Part shown: positions 10,042-19,819 of the stretch, in pieces
How the letters are laid out: each line of letters starts with the position of its first letter
Position numbering within the stretch: position 1 is the stretch's first letter
From: Clostridia bacterium
GTDB taxonomy: Bacteria > Bacillota > Clostridia > Oscillospirales > CAG-272
Length of the DNA: 64,000 nucleotides
Direction of reading: 5' to 3'
Assembly: GCA_017451735.1 (NCBI GenBank)
Contig: JAFTNU010000040.1
Coordinates: 22,101-86,100 of the forward strand
The notes under the pieces: generated by a model
The model's database searches: none
Told to the model about the DNA's origin: nothing
Seen by the model: only the letters and a program-made list of their open reading frames with translations
Position numbers and translations under genes: made by a program

Positions 10042-10938
10042 TTATTCGGCGGCGCTCAGCATGGTCTGTGCGGGCAGCTTATCCATCAGAATGGCATCGA
10101 TACGGCCTGCCTTCAGATCGGCCAGGGCCAGAGCATACTGCTTATACTGAGAAACCTCTGCACCGGCGGCCTTAACCACAATCGTCTCGGTGGTACCGTC
10201 ATCCTTTTCGACCTCGTAGGAGTAACCCGCATCGGTCTTGGCGGCAGAGATGATCAAGTCACCGCTGGTACCCTCCTGCACACCGACCTTGAGGCCGGCC
10301 AGATCGGCAACGCTGTCATATGCCACATCCTTGGCAGAGACCACCACCAGCGTGGAGCTGTAGTAAATGCTGGAGAAATCAACCTCCTGCTTGCGCTCGT
10401 CGGTAATGGTCATACCGGCGGCACCCACAGCCAGGCCGGTATCCGACTTGACAGAAGTAGGAATGGTATCAAAAGCAATGTCCTTGACCTCAACCTTTTT
10501 GCCCATGTTCACGGCAACCTGGTTCATGATGGCAAAGTCAACGCCCACGACCTCGTTGTTGTAAATGAATTCAAAGGGAGCAAAGCCGGACTCGGTATAG
10601 ACGGTAATGACCTCGGTAGCCGAACCGAAATCCCAAGAGGTCTTCAAGGTGCCTGCATCGGGGGCTGTACCGCCCTTTTCGGCATAATCGGCCAATGCGG
10701 TGTAGTAATCCACATACTTGGTCATGGTGCCGTCGGCAACCCAAGCATCAACAACTGCGTTGATGGCTGCCAGCAGCTCAGGGGAATTCTTCTTTACGGC
10801 GATACCGAAATCCTCTTTGAGCAGGTCGGTAGCATCGACGGCAACAAAATCGTCGTTGCTCTTACCGCAAGAGGAGAAGGCGATCGCAGTGGTGGCCAGC
10901 ATCAAGACTGCCAGCAACAAGGACAATACTTTTTTCAT
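10042..10938 (-). CDS. Polar amino-acid ABC substrate-binding lipoprotein (family 3), apparently circularly permuted
   Basis: Lipobox FSSC; FAPFEF, GMTITDERKQEVDFS, KVGVQEGT, GRIDA motifs; the usual C-terminal FGIAVKK..ELLAAIN..DGT segment is N-terminal. Confidence 0.88.
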   Translation of the reverse strand: MKKVLSLLLAVLMLATTAIAFSSCGKSNDDFVAVDATDLLKEDFGIAVKKNSPELLAAINAVVDAWVADGTMTKYVDYYTALADYAEKGGTAPDAGTLKTSWDFGSATEVITVYTESGFAPFEFIYNNEVVGVDFAIMNQVAVNMGKKVEVKDIAFDTIPTSVKSDTGLAVGAAGMTITDERKQEVDFSSIYYSSTLVVVSAKDVAYDSVADLAGLKVGVQEGTSGDLIISAAKTDAGYSYEVEKDDGTTETIVVKAAGAEVSQYKQYALALADLKAGRIDAILMDKLPAQTMLSAAE

Positions 10939-11147
10939 GATCGGTCTTCCTTTCAAATTGTCGCTTTTGTACACCGTTTGCCCCGCAAGCGGGCTTGCGG
11001 GGCATTTTTGCATGCAAAAATGCGCTTATTTTCGGAGCTACCGCTCCGTTGTCATTATAGCGCATAACCCTGTGGATGTCAAGGCTTTTTTCGGTTTTTA
11101 TGGAGAATGGGAGAATCTGCGAAGAATTTTTTCTACCGATTGTTATT

Positions 11148-12260
11148 TTATACGGCTCCGGCGGTAAGGGCTGACAGGATAGACTGTACGGCATCCGCCT
11201 CACCGTCGGTGCGAACCGTCAGGTCGCACAGATCCTCGTTGCGGTATTCATCGTCAAGCGAGAGAATACGACAGGTCTTGTCTCGAGAATCCAGGGGCCG
11301 GGAGACGATATCAAAGATCACTTTTTCCCGTTTGCGGCGGATAAATATCAGAATAGCCCGCGAACGGTATCGGTTTTTCAGGGTCAGGGCACCGCAAATG
11401 TCAATGGGAATCACCGCGATCTTCCCCTCCCCCACAATGCGGTCAAATTCCGCGGCGGTGGTGCCGAAATGATACCCGCTGTACACGGTGGTCTCAAGGA
11501 AATGCCCTGCCTCCGCCTCGGCGCGGAAGGCCTCCTCTGTAAGAAAACGATAGTCGGCATCGGTCTCCCCTGCACGGCGGGGACGGGTGGTGGCAGAAAC
11601 GGGCTTACGCATGCCGTGCTCCCGCACCAGGGTAGCCGCGATCTCGTTTTTGCCGCTACCCGTTGGTCCCACCAGACAGATCACACCGCCCGCGTGCAGA
11701 TCGGGGCGGGGTGCGGCAGATGCCGCGCGCAGCATCTCGACCAAGTGCAGAAAATCGTCATACGTATTCACCGAAAGCAGACCCGACAGATGGGTATTCC
11801 AGGGCTTGCGGAACAGTACGGGATAGGTGGCGGGGGAGTGGGAGATGTTGTGGGCACCGTCATCCAACAGGATATCCAGGCGCACCAGATCCTTGCGGGT
11901 GCCCAGCAGGATATTTTCGGCGGGCACCTCGGGGAAATCCTCCCGCAGCCGAAGGGCGCGGGCACTCATGCAGGCAGGAGGTACCGCCGAGACAAAGAAC
12001 ACCTCGGCCACATCGGTCAACTGCCGCACAAACTCCCGGGCGCCGGGCAGAATGGGCTGAGACGCCACAAAATCGGGATCGGAGAAATAGCGGATGCGCC
12101 CGTCGGCGCGATTCTGCCCCCTCCCCCACCCATGGATATCGTAAATGCGCAAGGGCGGCTCGATGCCCTCCTCGCGGTTCAACCGCTCCAGGGCATAAGC
12201 GTTGCAATCGTATAAAATATCGTCTACATCCAGGCCGATTTGTAATCTGTATTTTTTCAT
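11148..12260 (-). CDS. Fusion of HAD 5'(3')-deoxyribonucleotidase-like domain and guanylate kinase-like domain
   Basis: N-terminal LDVDDIL and DILLDDG (NT5C-type HAD motifs); C-terminal GPTGSGK, SATTRPRRAGE, FLETTVYSGYHFGT. Confidence 0.8.
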   Translation of the reverse strand: MKKYRLQIGLDVDDILYDCNAYALERLNREEGIEPPLRIYDIHGWGRGQNRADGRIRYFSDPDFVASQPILPGAREFVRQLTDVAEVFFVSAVPPACMSARALRLREDFPEVPAENILLGTRKDLVRLDILLDDGAHNISHSPATYPVLFRKPWNTHLSGLLSVNTYDDFLHLVEMLRAASAAPRPDLHAGGVICLVGPTGSGKNEIAATLVREHGMRKPVSATTRPRRAGETDADYRFLTEEAFRAEAEAGHFLETTVYSGYHFGTTAAEFDRIVGEGKIAVIPIDICGALTLKNRYRSRAILIFIRRKREKVIFDIVSRPLDSRDKTCRILSLDDEYRNEDLCDLTVRTDGEADAVQSILSALTAGAV

Positions 12261-12325
12261 GGGTTACCTCGCTTTTATCGACTGTGTCAAGTATATCATA
12301 TTTCAATAAATTTAGCAAGATGAAA

Positions 12326-12357
12326 ATGCGCCATTGCGGATTTCCGCAATGGCGCAT
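12326..12357. terminator. Hairpin after ThyX-like gene
   Basis: atgcgccattgcgga-tt-tccgcaatggcgcat. Confidence 0.55.
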
Positions 12358-12377
12358 CCTGATGGATGGAGGCTTGC

Positions 12378-13007
12378 TTATTGCTCTTCCTTAACGGCGA
12401 TCAGATCCTTCGCATACGGCAAGGACATGATCCAATCGCAGAGCGTGTGCCACTCCGCCAGCTTGTGAGTGCGGCGGGCATAGTAGATGTTGATCAGTAT
12501 CTCATAATTCAGGGACACAGTGCGCATCTGATTGAAGGAGGTGGGCAGGATCTGGATCATGTTGTGCCAGGCCTGCTTGTTTGTTTTATCCGCGACGAAT
12601 TTGACTCGCTCGGCCTCCAGATAAGCGATCACGGCATCCAATGCGGCAAGGCCGCCCTCGTCCAGATAATCATGGGAAAAGTCATCCCGTTCAAAGGGCT
12701 TTACGTGGATCTTGTGCATGGTGGAACAGGAATTGGCCACGGTGCCCACCTTGTAGGTGTCGAACTCCTTCCACCAATACAGCGGCGCGGTGATATCCAC
12801 CGAGACAAACACCTGACGCAGATATTTACGGTGGTCACTGCCGGCACGGGCCAGGCGCTTGGCCAGATCCAGGTCGTTGGGCCCCAGTACAAAATTTCCT
12901 TTTTCGTCATAGGCACTATCCATGCGCGCCCAGCTATTCATGGGATTGCGGGCGCCGCGAATGGCGTTTTCAAAATTCATCACCGCAGTGCGTTCAACTT
13001 TCAGCAT
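12378..13007 (-). CDS. ThyX (FAD-dependent thymidylate synthase)-like protein, non-canonical motif
   Basis: HRKYLRQ..DITAPLYWWKEFDTYK..SCSTMH, ILPTSF..NY..L..R..HKLAEW resemble the ThyX fold; overlaps dxs stop. Confidence 0.6.
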   Translation of the reverse strand: MLKVERTAVMNFENAIRGARNPMNSWARMDSAYDEKGNFVLGPNDLDLAKRLARAGSDHRKYLRQVFVSVDITAPLYWWKEFDTYKVGTVANSCSTMHKIHVKPFERDDFSHDYLDEGGLAALDAVIAYLEAERVKFVADKTNKQAWHNMIQILPTSFNQMRTVSLNYEILINIYYARRTHKLAEWHTLCDWIMSLPYAKDLIAVKEEQ

Positions 13008-14907
13008 CTGATTGTCCTTCCTTTTCTATGAAATTCCGTGCCGCCTTCAAAACCGAAGCGACATCCAGGCCCGCCGCCTGTAAGGGCGTTTGCCCTGCGG
13101 ACGGGATTAAAAATCCGTTCTCCGTACCCAATATCCGCCGACGGCGATGCGCAAAAGCGCCGCGCTTCTCCAAGGCGTCGGAAAGGCTCATACCAAAGCC
13201 TCCCGTCCGCACCTCCTCCTCTAAAAAGAGAATGTCGCCGCCCAACAGAGGCATGATCCGGTCGGCCAAATCATCATACGGTGCCAGATATTCACACAAC
13301 AGGACCTGCGCGGGTGTTCCCTGCGCGCGTAATTGCCCGGCAACCTCCAGCGCCACACCGGCCATGCGGCCATGGGTCACAATCGTCAACGCCGTCTTGG
13401 GGGCAGGATCCCCCCAAGCGCGCACGCCAATGGGTCTTCCGTCATCGGCACCATCGGGATAAAAGGCACTGAGAATACGGGGATCCTCACACCCGTTGGG
13501 ATAGCGGATGGCAGAAAGGCCCGTATCCTCCAAAGCCGCACGCAGGGATGCGGCAAGCCCGGCACCGGTGACGGGAGCATAAATATGAACATTCGGAAGC
13601 GCAGAGAGCATGGCCACATCGAACACGCCGTGATGGGTAGGGCCATCCCCTGCGTTCAGTCCTGCACGATCGATACAAAGGATCACGGGGAGATTCTGCA
13701 ACGCTACGTCATGCAGAATATTATCATAGGCACGCTGTAAAAAGGTGGAATAAACGGCCACCACGGGGCGCATTCCTCCGGCGGCAAGCCCTGCCGCAAA
13801 GGTCACGGCGTGCCCCTCGGCGATCCCCACATCGTAAAAACGTGTGGGATGCGTCAGGCGGAAGGGCTCCAGGCCGGTACCACAGCTCATGGCGGCGGTG
13901 ATGGCACAAATGCGCTGATCCTGTGTGGCCAGTGCGGTCAATTCTTGGCCGAAAATAGCGGAAAAAGTGATACCGTTTGCCGCTTTTCCGGACGGCGGCA
14001 ATGCATGGTAGGTATTGGGGTCCTCCTCGGCAGGAGGATAACCCAGGCCTTTTTTGGTCTTGACATGCAGGATCACCGCAGAGTCCAGCCTTTTGGCATG
14101 ACGAAGCAGCTCCTCCAGCCCCGCGGTATCGTTTCCTTCCACGGGGCCGCGATAGCGGATACCCATGTGCTCGAAGAGGTTTTCGTGATACAGCAGATGC
14201 TTGATGCGACGCTTGGTCCAACGCAGTACCTTATAGATGGGGCGGCCGATCAAGGGCAGATGCCGCAAAGCGCTTGAGGCAAACTCTTTGGTTTTGAGAT
14301 AATTGCGCGAAATGCGCAATTTGGAAAGATGGCGCGCCAATCGCCCCGTGTTGGGGGATATGGACATTTCGTTCTCATTGATGATCAGAATCAGCCGCAA
14401 GTGCCTGGCACAATTGTTCAGTCCCTCGTAAGAAAGCCCGCCGGTCAATGCACCGTCACCGATCACCGCAACCGTCCAGGCATCGCTGCCCTTACGGTAC
14501 TCCGCCTCGGCCATACCGATGGCCGCAGACACTGCCGTGGAGCTATGCCCCGCCCCAAAGGCATCATACTCGCTCTCGGAGCGCTTGGTAAAGCCCGAGA
14601 TGCCCCCCGGTTGGCGCAGAGCGTCGAAGGCTTCCTTCCTTCCCGTGAGCAGCTTGTGCACATAGCTCTGATGCCCCACATCAAAAATGATATGGTCACG
14701 CGGTGCATCAAAAACCCGATGGATGGCAAGCGTGAGCTCCACCACCCCCAGGTTAGAGGCCAGGTGTCCGCCGTTCTCGGTCACGCGGTAAATCAGATAA
14801 TCGCGGATCTCGGCGGCAAGGGGCGCCATTTTTTCGGGCGGGAGCGCTTTGAGATCGGCAGGAGAGGAGATTCCGCCAAGCAAGGGCCATTGATCAAATT
14901 TTTCCAA
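12994..14907 (-). CDS. dxs: 1-deoxy-D-xylulose-5-phosphate synthase
   Basis: GGHLASNLGVVELT, FDVGHQSY, IGDGALTGG, DVGIAEGHA, DRAG..DGPTHHG; TTG start after AAGGAG. Confidence 0.96.
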   Translation of the reverse strand: MEKFDQWPLLGGISSPADLKALPPEKMAPLAAEIRDYLIYRVTENGGHLASNLGVVELTLAIHRVFDAPRDHIIFDVGHQSYVHKLLTGRKEAFDALRQPGGISGFTKRSESEYDAFGAGHSSTAVSAAIGMAEAEYRKGSDAWTVAVIGDGALTGGLSYEGLNNCARHLRLILIINENEMSISPNTGRLARHLSKLRISRNYLKTKEFASSALRHLPLIGRPIYKVLRWTKRRIKHLLYHENLFEHMGIRYRGPVEGNDTAGLEELLRHAKRLDSAVILHVKTKKGLGYPPAEEDPNTYHALPPSGKAANGITFSAIFGQELTALATQDQRICAITAAMSCGTGLEPFRLTHPTRFYDVGIAEGHAVTFAAGLAAGGMRPVVAVYSTFLQRAYDNILHDVALQNLPVILCIDRAGLNAGDGPTHHGVFDVAMLSALPNVHIYAPVTGAGLAASLRAALEDTGLSAIRYPNGCEDPRILSAFYPDGADDGRPIGVRAWGDPAPKTALTIVTHGRMAGVALEVAGQLRAQGTPAQVLLCEYLAPYDDLADRIMPLLGGDILFLEEEVRTGGFGMSLSDALEKRGAFAHRRRRILGTENGFLIPSAGQTPLQAAGLDVASVLKAARNFIEKEGQSDAES

Positions 14908-15116
14908 TTGACGATCTCCTTTCCGCAAAATTGTATCTTATATAGTATATCACATCTGCCCATGTTTTGCAAGTCAAATCCAAGAGGAAAAATGAATTTC
15001 CGCTCTCATGCGATCGGCGACCCCATCGCCCCGGATCTTTGGCCGTACAACCGCAAGCCCATCTTGCCCTTCTCGTTATATTTTAAAAAACTTTCCAAAA
15101 ACTTTTGTAAAAAGGC

Positions 15117-15145
15117 TTGACAATTGCCCATGGTTTGAGTATAAT
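15117..15145 (+). promoter_or_regulatory. SigA promoter of tRNA-Leu
   Basis: TTGACA(15117)-17 nt-TATAAT(15140). Confidence 0.88.
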
Positions 15146-15159
15146 AATACCGTTGCCAT

Positions 15160-15244
15160 GCGAGAGTGGCGGAACTGGCAGACGCGCACGTTTGAGGGGC
15201 GTGTGGTTTACACCGTACGGGTTCAAGTCCCGTTTCTCGCACCA
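15160..15244 (+). tRNA. tRNA-Leu (anticodon GAG)
   Basis: gcgagag/ttctcgc acceptor stem, TGGCGGAACTGGCAGAC D-arm, cacgt-TTGAGGG-gcgtg anticodon arm, long variable arm, GGTTCAAGTCC T-arm, encoded CCA. Confidence 0.96.
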
Positions 15245-15587
15245 TATTATGTTGCCTTAATAGATGCAGGCAACGAAACCCCAGACGCCACAAGGCTTCT
15301 GGGGTTTTTTCATGCGATTTTTTTGAAGTAAAAATAAAAGATGCATTTCGCATTTTTGGGGGTCTGATAGGGACATGAACCCCTACCCACCCATTTTGAG
15401 GGCAGAATTTTCACGATTCTCGTGAAGATTCTGCCCTTTTTTATTTTTGAATTTGTTAAATAATTGTGTCTGGAAAACGCGATTTCTTCGCAAGGTCTTG
15501 GCAAAGATGGATAAATTTGTTATAATATTGATGGAGTATGATGCAAAGATGCTTGACATCGTGTATTGATCAAAACGGAGGTGCAAC

Positions 15588-18500
15588 ATGTCTTACGATT
15601 TAACCAATTCAAAGCTACTAAAAGAGTGGGATAAAATCAAAGATAGTGATGTTTTCTCCTCGTTGGAGTCTTTTGCAGAGTTGTTTTATCAAAACCCATC
15701 CTGCAAATGCTATAGAAAATATACAAGTTATCCTTGGTCGAAAGAAAATTTCTTTTTTGGCACATACGAGGAATTTTTGACATACCAAAGAACAACCACC
15801 GAAATCCCTTTTTACCTTGCCTCTAAAATAGGCACCAAAGTGTTTAATCTCACCCTGCTTTCTTTTTTTAGAGATGAAAACAACAAAATATGCGCAAAGT
15901 GCAGATGCGATTGTGGGGAAGAAACGATTAAACCTTTCGATGGAATTGCAAAAGGCAATATAAGAAGTTGCGGCTGTTTGTCGCGGCGAATCATTTCTGA
16001 ACCTAAAAGCATAAAGCAAACACACCCGGATATACTCGCACATTGGGATTATGAAAAAAACACCATTCTTGACACCAGTGTAACATCGCAATCCACAAAA
16101 ATTGTGTGGTGGAAATGTGACCGGTGCAATACAAGTTTTGAACAATCCGTATCATCTTTTTTAAGAAAAAAGCATTGTCCAACTTGCGATGAAAAAAGCC
16201 GCGAAAGTGTTTGGCGCATATACCCTGAATTAGTAGAAGATGAATGGGATTATGAAAAGAACGAAATTGATCCTAAAGATTTTTTGGTTTCTTCCTTAAA
16301 ATTGGTTTGGTGGAAGCCGCGTTACGGACATTCTTTTCAAGCAACCGTGGCTGAAAGAATGCGTTCGCCTCAAGGAACATCATTTGAAGAACAGGCGATT
16401 TACTATTATGTCAAGCGACTATTTAAAGATGCTATTAACAGAGGCAAATATACCTTTGATGATAGTGGCGAAATAGAGATAGATATTTATATTCCTTGCC
16501 TTCATTTTGCAATTGAATATGATGGAGCATTTTGGCATAAAAACAAAATCGATAGGGATTATCACAAAAATAGCGTGCTTAAAAATGCTGGGGCACATTT
16601 GCTTCGAGTTCGCGAAAGCGGGCTCGCCGATTTGGAAGATAACTTTGGAGAAGTTATCTATCGTAAAACTTTATCTGGTGATACAGGACTTCACTTACAA
16701 GAGGTTATTAACGAGGTTATAAGATCTATAAAAACATATATAACCGTTAATCAATTCAATCTTACGGATGATATTCAACTTTCGCTTGATACTTTCAAAT
16801 TGACAAAAGAAAAGTTGATTGAAGATCGTCCTAATATATATGCACAATATATAACCGCCTATCAAAAAGACAACATAACGAAAACATGTCTTATGAAATT
16901 TTGGGATTTTGAAAAGAATGGCAATCTTCTTCCCCAAAATGTTAGCATCAAAGCGGGGACTTTTGTTGTTTTGACTTGCCCTAAGGGTCACAGTTTTCAC
17001 GTCCCACCATCGCGATATAAGTTAAGCGTCGATCAATCATCGCAATGCAAGCATTGCATACTCAACCACTGTCCCGCTATCTTGGAGCATGCAGATTGTG
17101 ATACACGAAATTGTGATATTTACAATTCTCTGCTCGAAACCTCAAATTATGTACCAATTAATGAAGGCAATAGGCATAGCCGTTTTGTTGAGAGGCAAGA
17201 AATATCAATCGAAAGCTCTCCTTGTACAAAAATGCTAGTAAAAAGCTCGCATCTTCTCTATAAAAAAATGCAAAAGAGTATTGCCGACAGATTGGAAAAA
17301 TCTCCAGAGAAGATTTCGAGCAAAACGCTTTTAAAATGGCTTATTTCCTTGGATATCTACGATAGATTTGACTTTTTGAAGGCCGTTGATGCAGTTGGAC
17401 AAAACACCTCCCCGTCTTTGATAGACAAAATGAAAGATGTTTTGCACAACAAAGTTTCTCTTAATAATACATACTTTACCACTACTATAGATGTTCCCGA
17501 CACAATTTCTGCAGATGTTGCACTAGGCTTTTTCAAAACATACGGCTCTAAAAGTTTTTCGTTCTCTTCTCTAAAATATTTTGACGCTCCCGTAATAATG
17601 GACGATTTTTGCGATTTGCTTTTGTCTGAATGTCGGCATAACGATTTTGTTTGTATGGTAATAAATCATTTTGATTTAGCAGGAAAAATTGAAAGAGAAT
17701 ACGAGTATTTATCTAACGAATTTTTAGTGCAACTTTATAAACTGCTAACACGCTTGAACCAAATTCAGTCCATTTCCGAATTTGATAAATGCAAAAAGTT
17801 GCTTTACTCTAAAATTAGTACAGATTTATCTGTTGCGGAAGATAAGTCGGCGAAAAGTGTTATTTCCATAATTCAAAATTGCAGCAGCGCACCCCAAGAT
17901 CAGGTTCGCTCTTGGATTGATGAAGCGCTTTCTCCTCAAAAGGAGCAAATTATTTATCTTCTTTATCAAAAAGGGTTTCTTAAGCTCATAGGCAGTAAGG
18001 CATCAGACAGCGCAGGCTGTAAATTTTTATCAAAGGAGTTGAACATTGATTTTATAGGCGATGTTGAGACCCAACTAAATATTATGGCTATTTTAGGCGT
18101 TCATCGGTTTAAATATAGTTTGAAGTTGTTTGACAATCCTAAATATTCCGATCGCTTTGTTAGCTTGATAAAAAAGAGCGCCGATACAAGTGATGAGTTT
18201 TTGATTTCCGGTTATGATTCTGATCAATTAAAAGCAGAAATTCTTGCTAATGTTGACACGTTGTCTTATGCATTCGCGAAGCAGTTATATTCTATGCTGA
18301 TGTACTTGTCAACAACCGTTGATCGTCCGTATCCTTGTTGGTATGATGATGATCCCGAGGAAGTGATGAGTGCATTGAAAAGAAAAATAACGGGAAAAGA
18401 GCAACACTTAGTATCAAAAAAAGAAACTTCTTCATCATTATCGCTTGGCATTACAATTACATTTCCGGATGATGTACGTGCCAAACACGAAGCTGAAATT

Positions 18501-18893
18501 ATAGAGATTGAAGAAATTGAGCAACAGCACAAGTTCGGCGAGAGGGAGACCGACAAGGGAATGGATGGCTCATTTCATTTAAGTGGCGATGCGCCAAAAA
18601 ACACATATCGTTCGTCTAACAATGCAAAGAAAAAAAGCTCATCAAACACGGTCGCAACCATATTCAATGCACTTTGGACATTTACCAAAGGAGCGTTATT
18701 TGTGCTATGGCAAATTTGTCAAGTCCTTGTTGTGATTGCAACTCTTATATTTGCTTTTCTTGACGGTTTATTCTTTCACAAAATACGCATGCAGGGTATC
18801 AAGAAAAGAGCTGCACAGAAGGCTGCCAGAACAAGAAAAAGAAATGCTCCCTACAAACCTAGCAAGCGTTCTAGACACTACAATCTAAAGTGA
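15588..18893 (+). CDS. Large zinc-ribbon repeat protein with PD-(D/E)XK (Vsr/DUF559-like) nuclease domain and C-terminal hydrophobic segment
   Basis: Three WD(Y/F)EKN...(VWWK/LTC) zinc-ribbon-type repeats, CRCDCG..SCGC, EIDIYIP..AIEYDGAFWH; GGAGG RBS. Confidence 0.7.
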   Translation: MSYDLTNSKLLKEWDKIKDSDVFSSLESFAELFYQNPSCKCYRKYTSYPWSKENFFFGTYEEFLTYQRTTTEIPFYLASKIGTKVFNLTLLSFFRDENNKICAKCRCDCGEETIKPFDGIAKGNIRSCGCLSRRIISEPKSIKQTHPDILAHWDYEKNTILDTSVTSQSTKIVWWKCDRCNTSFEQSVSSFLRKKHCPTCDEKSRESVWRIYPELVEDEWDYEKNEIDPKDFLVSSLKLVWWKPRYGHSFQATVAERMRSPQGTSFEEQAIYYYVKRLFKDAINRGKYTFDDSGEIEIDIYIPCLHFAIEYDGAFWHKNKIDRDYHKNSVLKNAGAHLLRVRESGLADLEDNFGEVIYRKTLSGDTGLHLQEVINEVIRSIKTYITVNQFNLTDDIQLSLDTFKLTKEKLIEDRPNIYAQYITAYQKDNITKTCLMKFWDFEKNGNLLPQNVSIKAGTFVVLTCPKGHSFHVPPSRYKLSVDQSSQCKHCILNHCPAILEHADCDTRNCDIYNSLLETSNYVPINEGNRHSRFVERQEISIESSPCTKMLVKSSHLLYKKMQKSIADRLEKSPEKISSKTLLKWLISLDIYDRFDFLKAVDAVGQNTSPSLIDKMKDVLHNKVSLNNTYFTTTIDVPDTISADVALGFFKTYGSKSFSFSSLKYFDAPVIMDDFCDLLLSECRHNDFVCMVINHFDLAGKIEREYEYLSNEFLVQLYKLLTRLNQIQSISEFDKCKKLLYSKISTDLSVAEDKSAKSVISIIQNCSSAPQDQVRSWIDEALSPQKEQIIYLLYQKGFLKLIGSKASDSAGCKFLSKELNIDFIGDVETQLNIMAILGVHRFKYSLKLFDNPKYSDRFVSLIKKSADTSDEFLISGYDSDQLKAEILANVDTLSYAFAKQLYSMLMYLSTTVDRPYPCWYDDDPEEVMSALKRKITGKEQHLVSKKETSSSLSLGITITFPDDVRAKHEAEIIEIEEIEQQHKFGERETDKGMDGSFHLSGDAPKNTYRSSNNAKKKSSSNTVATIFNALWTFTKGALFVLWQICQVLVVIATLIFAFLDGLFFHKIRMQGIKKRAAQKAARTRKRNAPYKPSKRSRHYNLK

Positions 18894-19050
18894 AATCTTG
18901 GGGTTTATTAAACTTGGGAAAAAGCTCTCTCCAAGATGTTAGCAAAATAAATGATTGGAAATTTATATACAAAAGGAATTTTTAGGATATACATAAGAAT
19001 TCTGTTTGTTATCTTATGGCTTTGTCCGTTATACGAAGAAAGGTGTTCTA

Positions 19051-19323
19051 ATGAAATTGCCAGATACAGATGTGATTTTTAGAGCTTCTGAAATGGGGAA
19101 ATGTGAAGTTCATATTCCTCAAAATATGGAGCCCTCTCCGATATTCCCCATGATGGAAGAACAAATCGAATTGTTAAAAAAGCAACTTGAAATAAAGGAA
19201 ACAGAATTAAAAGAAGCGAAACAGGCGGCAGCAGAAGCAAAAAAATACAATAGATGGATGATGTGTATTGCTATTGTATCCATGCTTGCGGCAATTGCTG
19301 CATGGTTGTTTCCTAACATTTGA
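19051..19323 (+). CDS. Hypothetical protein, coiled coil plus C-terminal TM helix
   Basis: AAAGGTG RBS; EEQIELLKKQLE..., WMMCIAIVSMLAAIAAWLF. Confidence 0.6.
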   Translation: MKLPDTDVIFRASEMGKCEVHIPQNMEPSPIFPMMEEQIELLKKQLEIKETELKEAKQAAAEAKKYNRWMMCIAIVSMLAAIAAWLFPNI

Positions 19324-19441
19324 GAGGTTGATTGAAATGGGCGCTTGGGGATTTACAACAAGCATTCTAGAGATTACAATCTAAAGCGAAAGGGTGTTTC
19401 GTTACGCGAGACTTCAAACTTCCATTTGAGGGAATGAAAAC

Positions 19442-19819
19442 GTGAAAAAATGGTTCTCTAAATTAGGCGAAAAAGTCGAGGATTTCTTTATATGGCTCTT
19501 TTGCGGCGATCATAAGCTGTTTTATGGTCGTGTTGAGATTCCGTTAAAGGGGGAAAAGTGGGATATACATATTGCCGATCCCGACTTTTTTCCCTCTGTG
19601 CCGCATCTACATGCTGTAGGAGATAGGCGCATAAGAATTGACGTGTACACGGGGGAGGTCTATTTCAAGCGAGTAAACACAGGAAAGCTGAGCGATAAAG
19701 ATTTCTATGCTTTGTGGCACAATGAAAAATTTTTAGAGGAAATTAAAAAAGCTAGAACTTATTATGTGCAAGAGCATCCAAATTACAAATTGCCTGATTT
19801 GCCATTCGATTATATTTGA
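19442..19819 (+). CDS. Hypothetical protein with H-x2-D-x-D-x-F-P-S-x-P-H-x-H motif (DUF4160-like)
   Basis: 125-aa ORF in the island; WDIHIADPDFFPSVPHLHA. Confidence 0.5.
   Translation: MKKWFSKLGEKVEDFFIWLFCGDHKLFYGRVEIPLKGEKWDIHIADPDFFPSVPHLHAVGDRRIRIDVYTGEVYFKRVNTGKLSDKDFYALWHNEKFLEEIKKARTYYVQEHPNYKLPDLPFDYI

Noticed and set aside
10945-11060. T-box or riboswitch upstream of the amino-acid ABC operon
   Set aside because: Only one hairpin (gccccgcaagc..gcttgcggggc) in a short leader; no T-box motif or terminator U-tract seen
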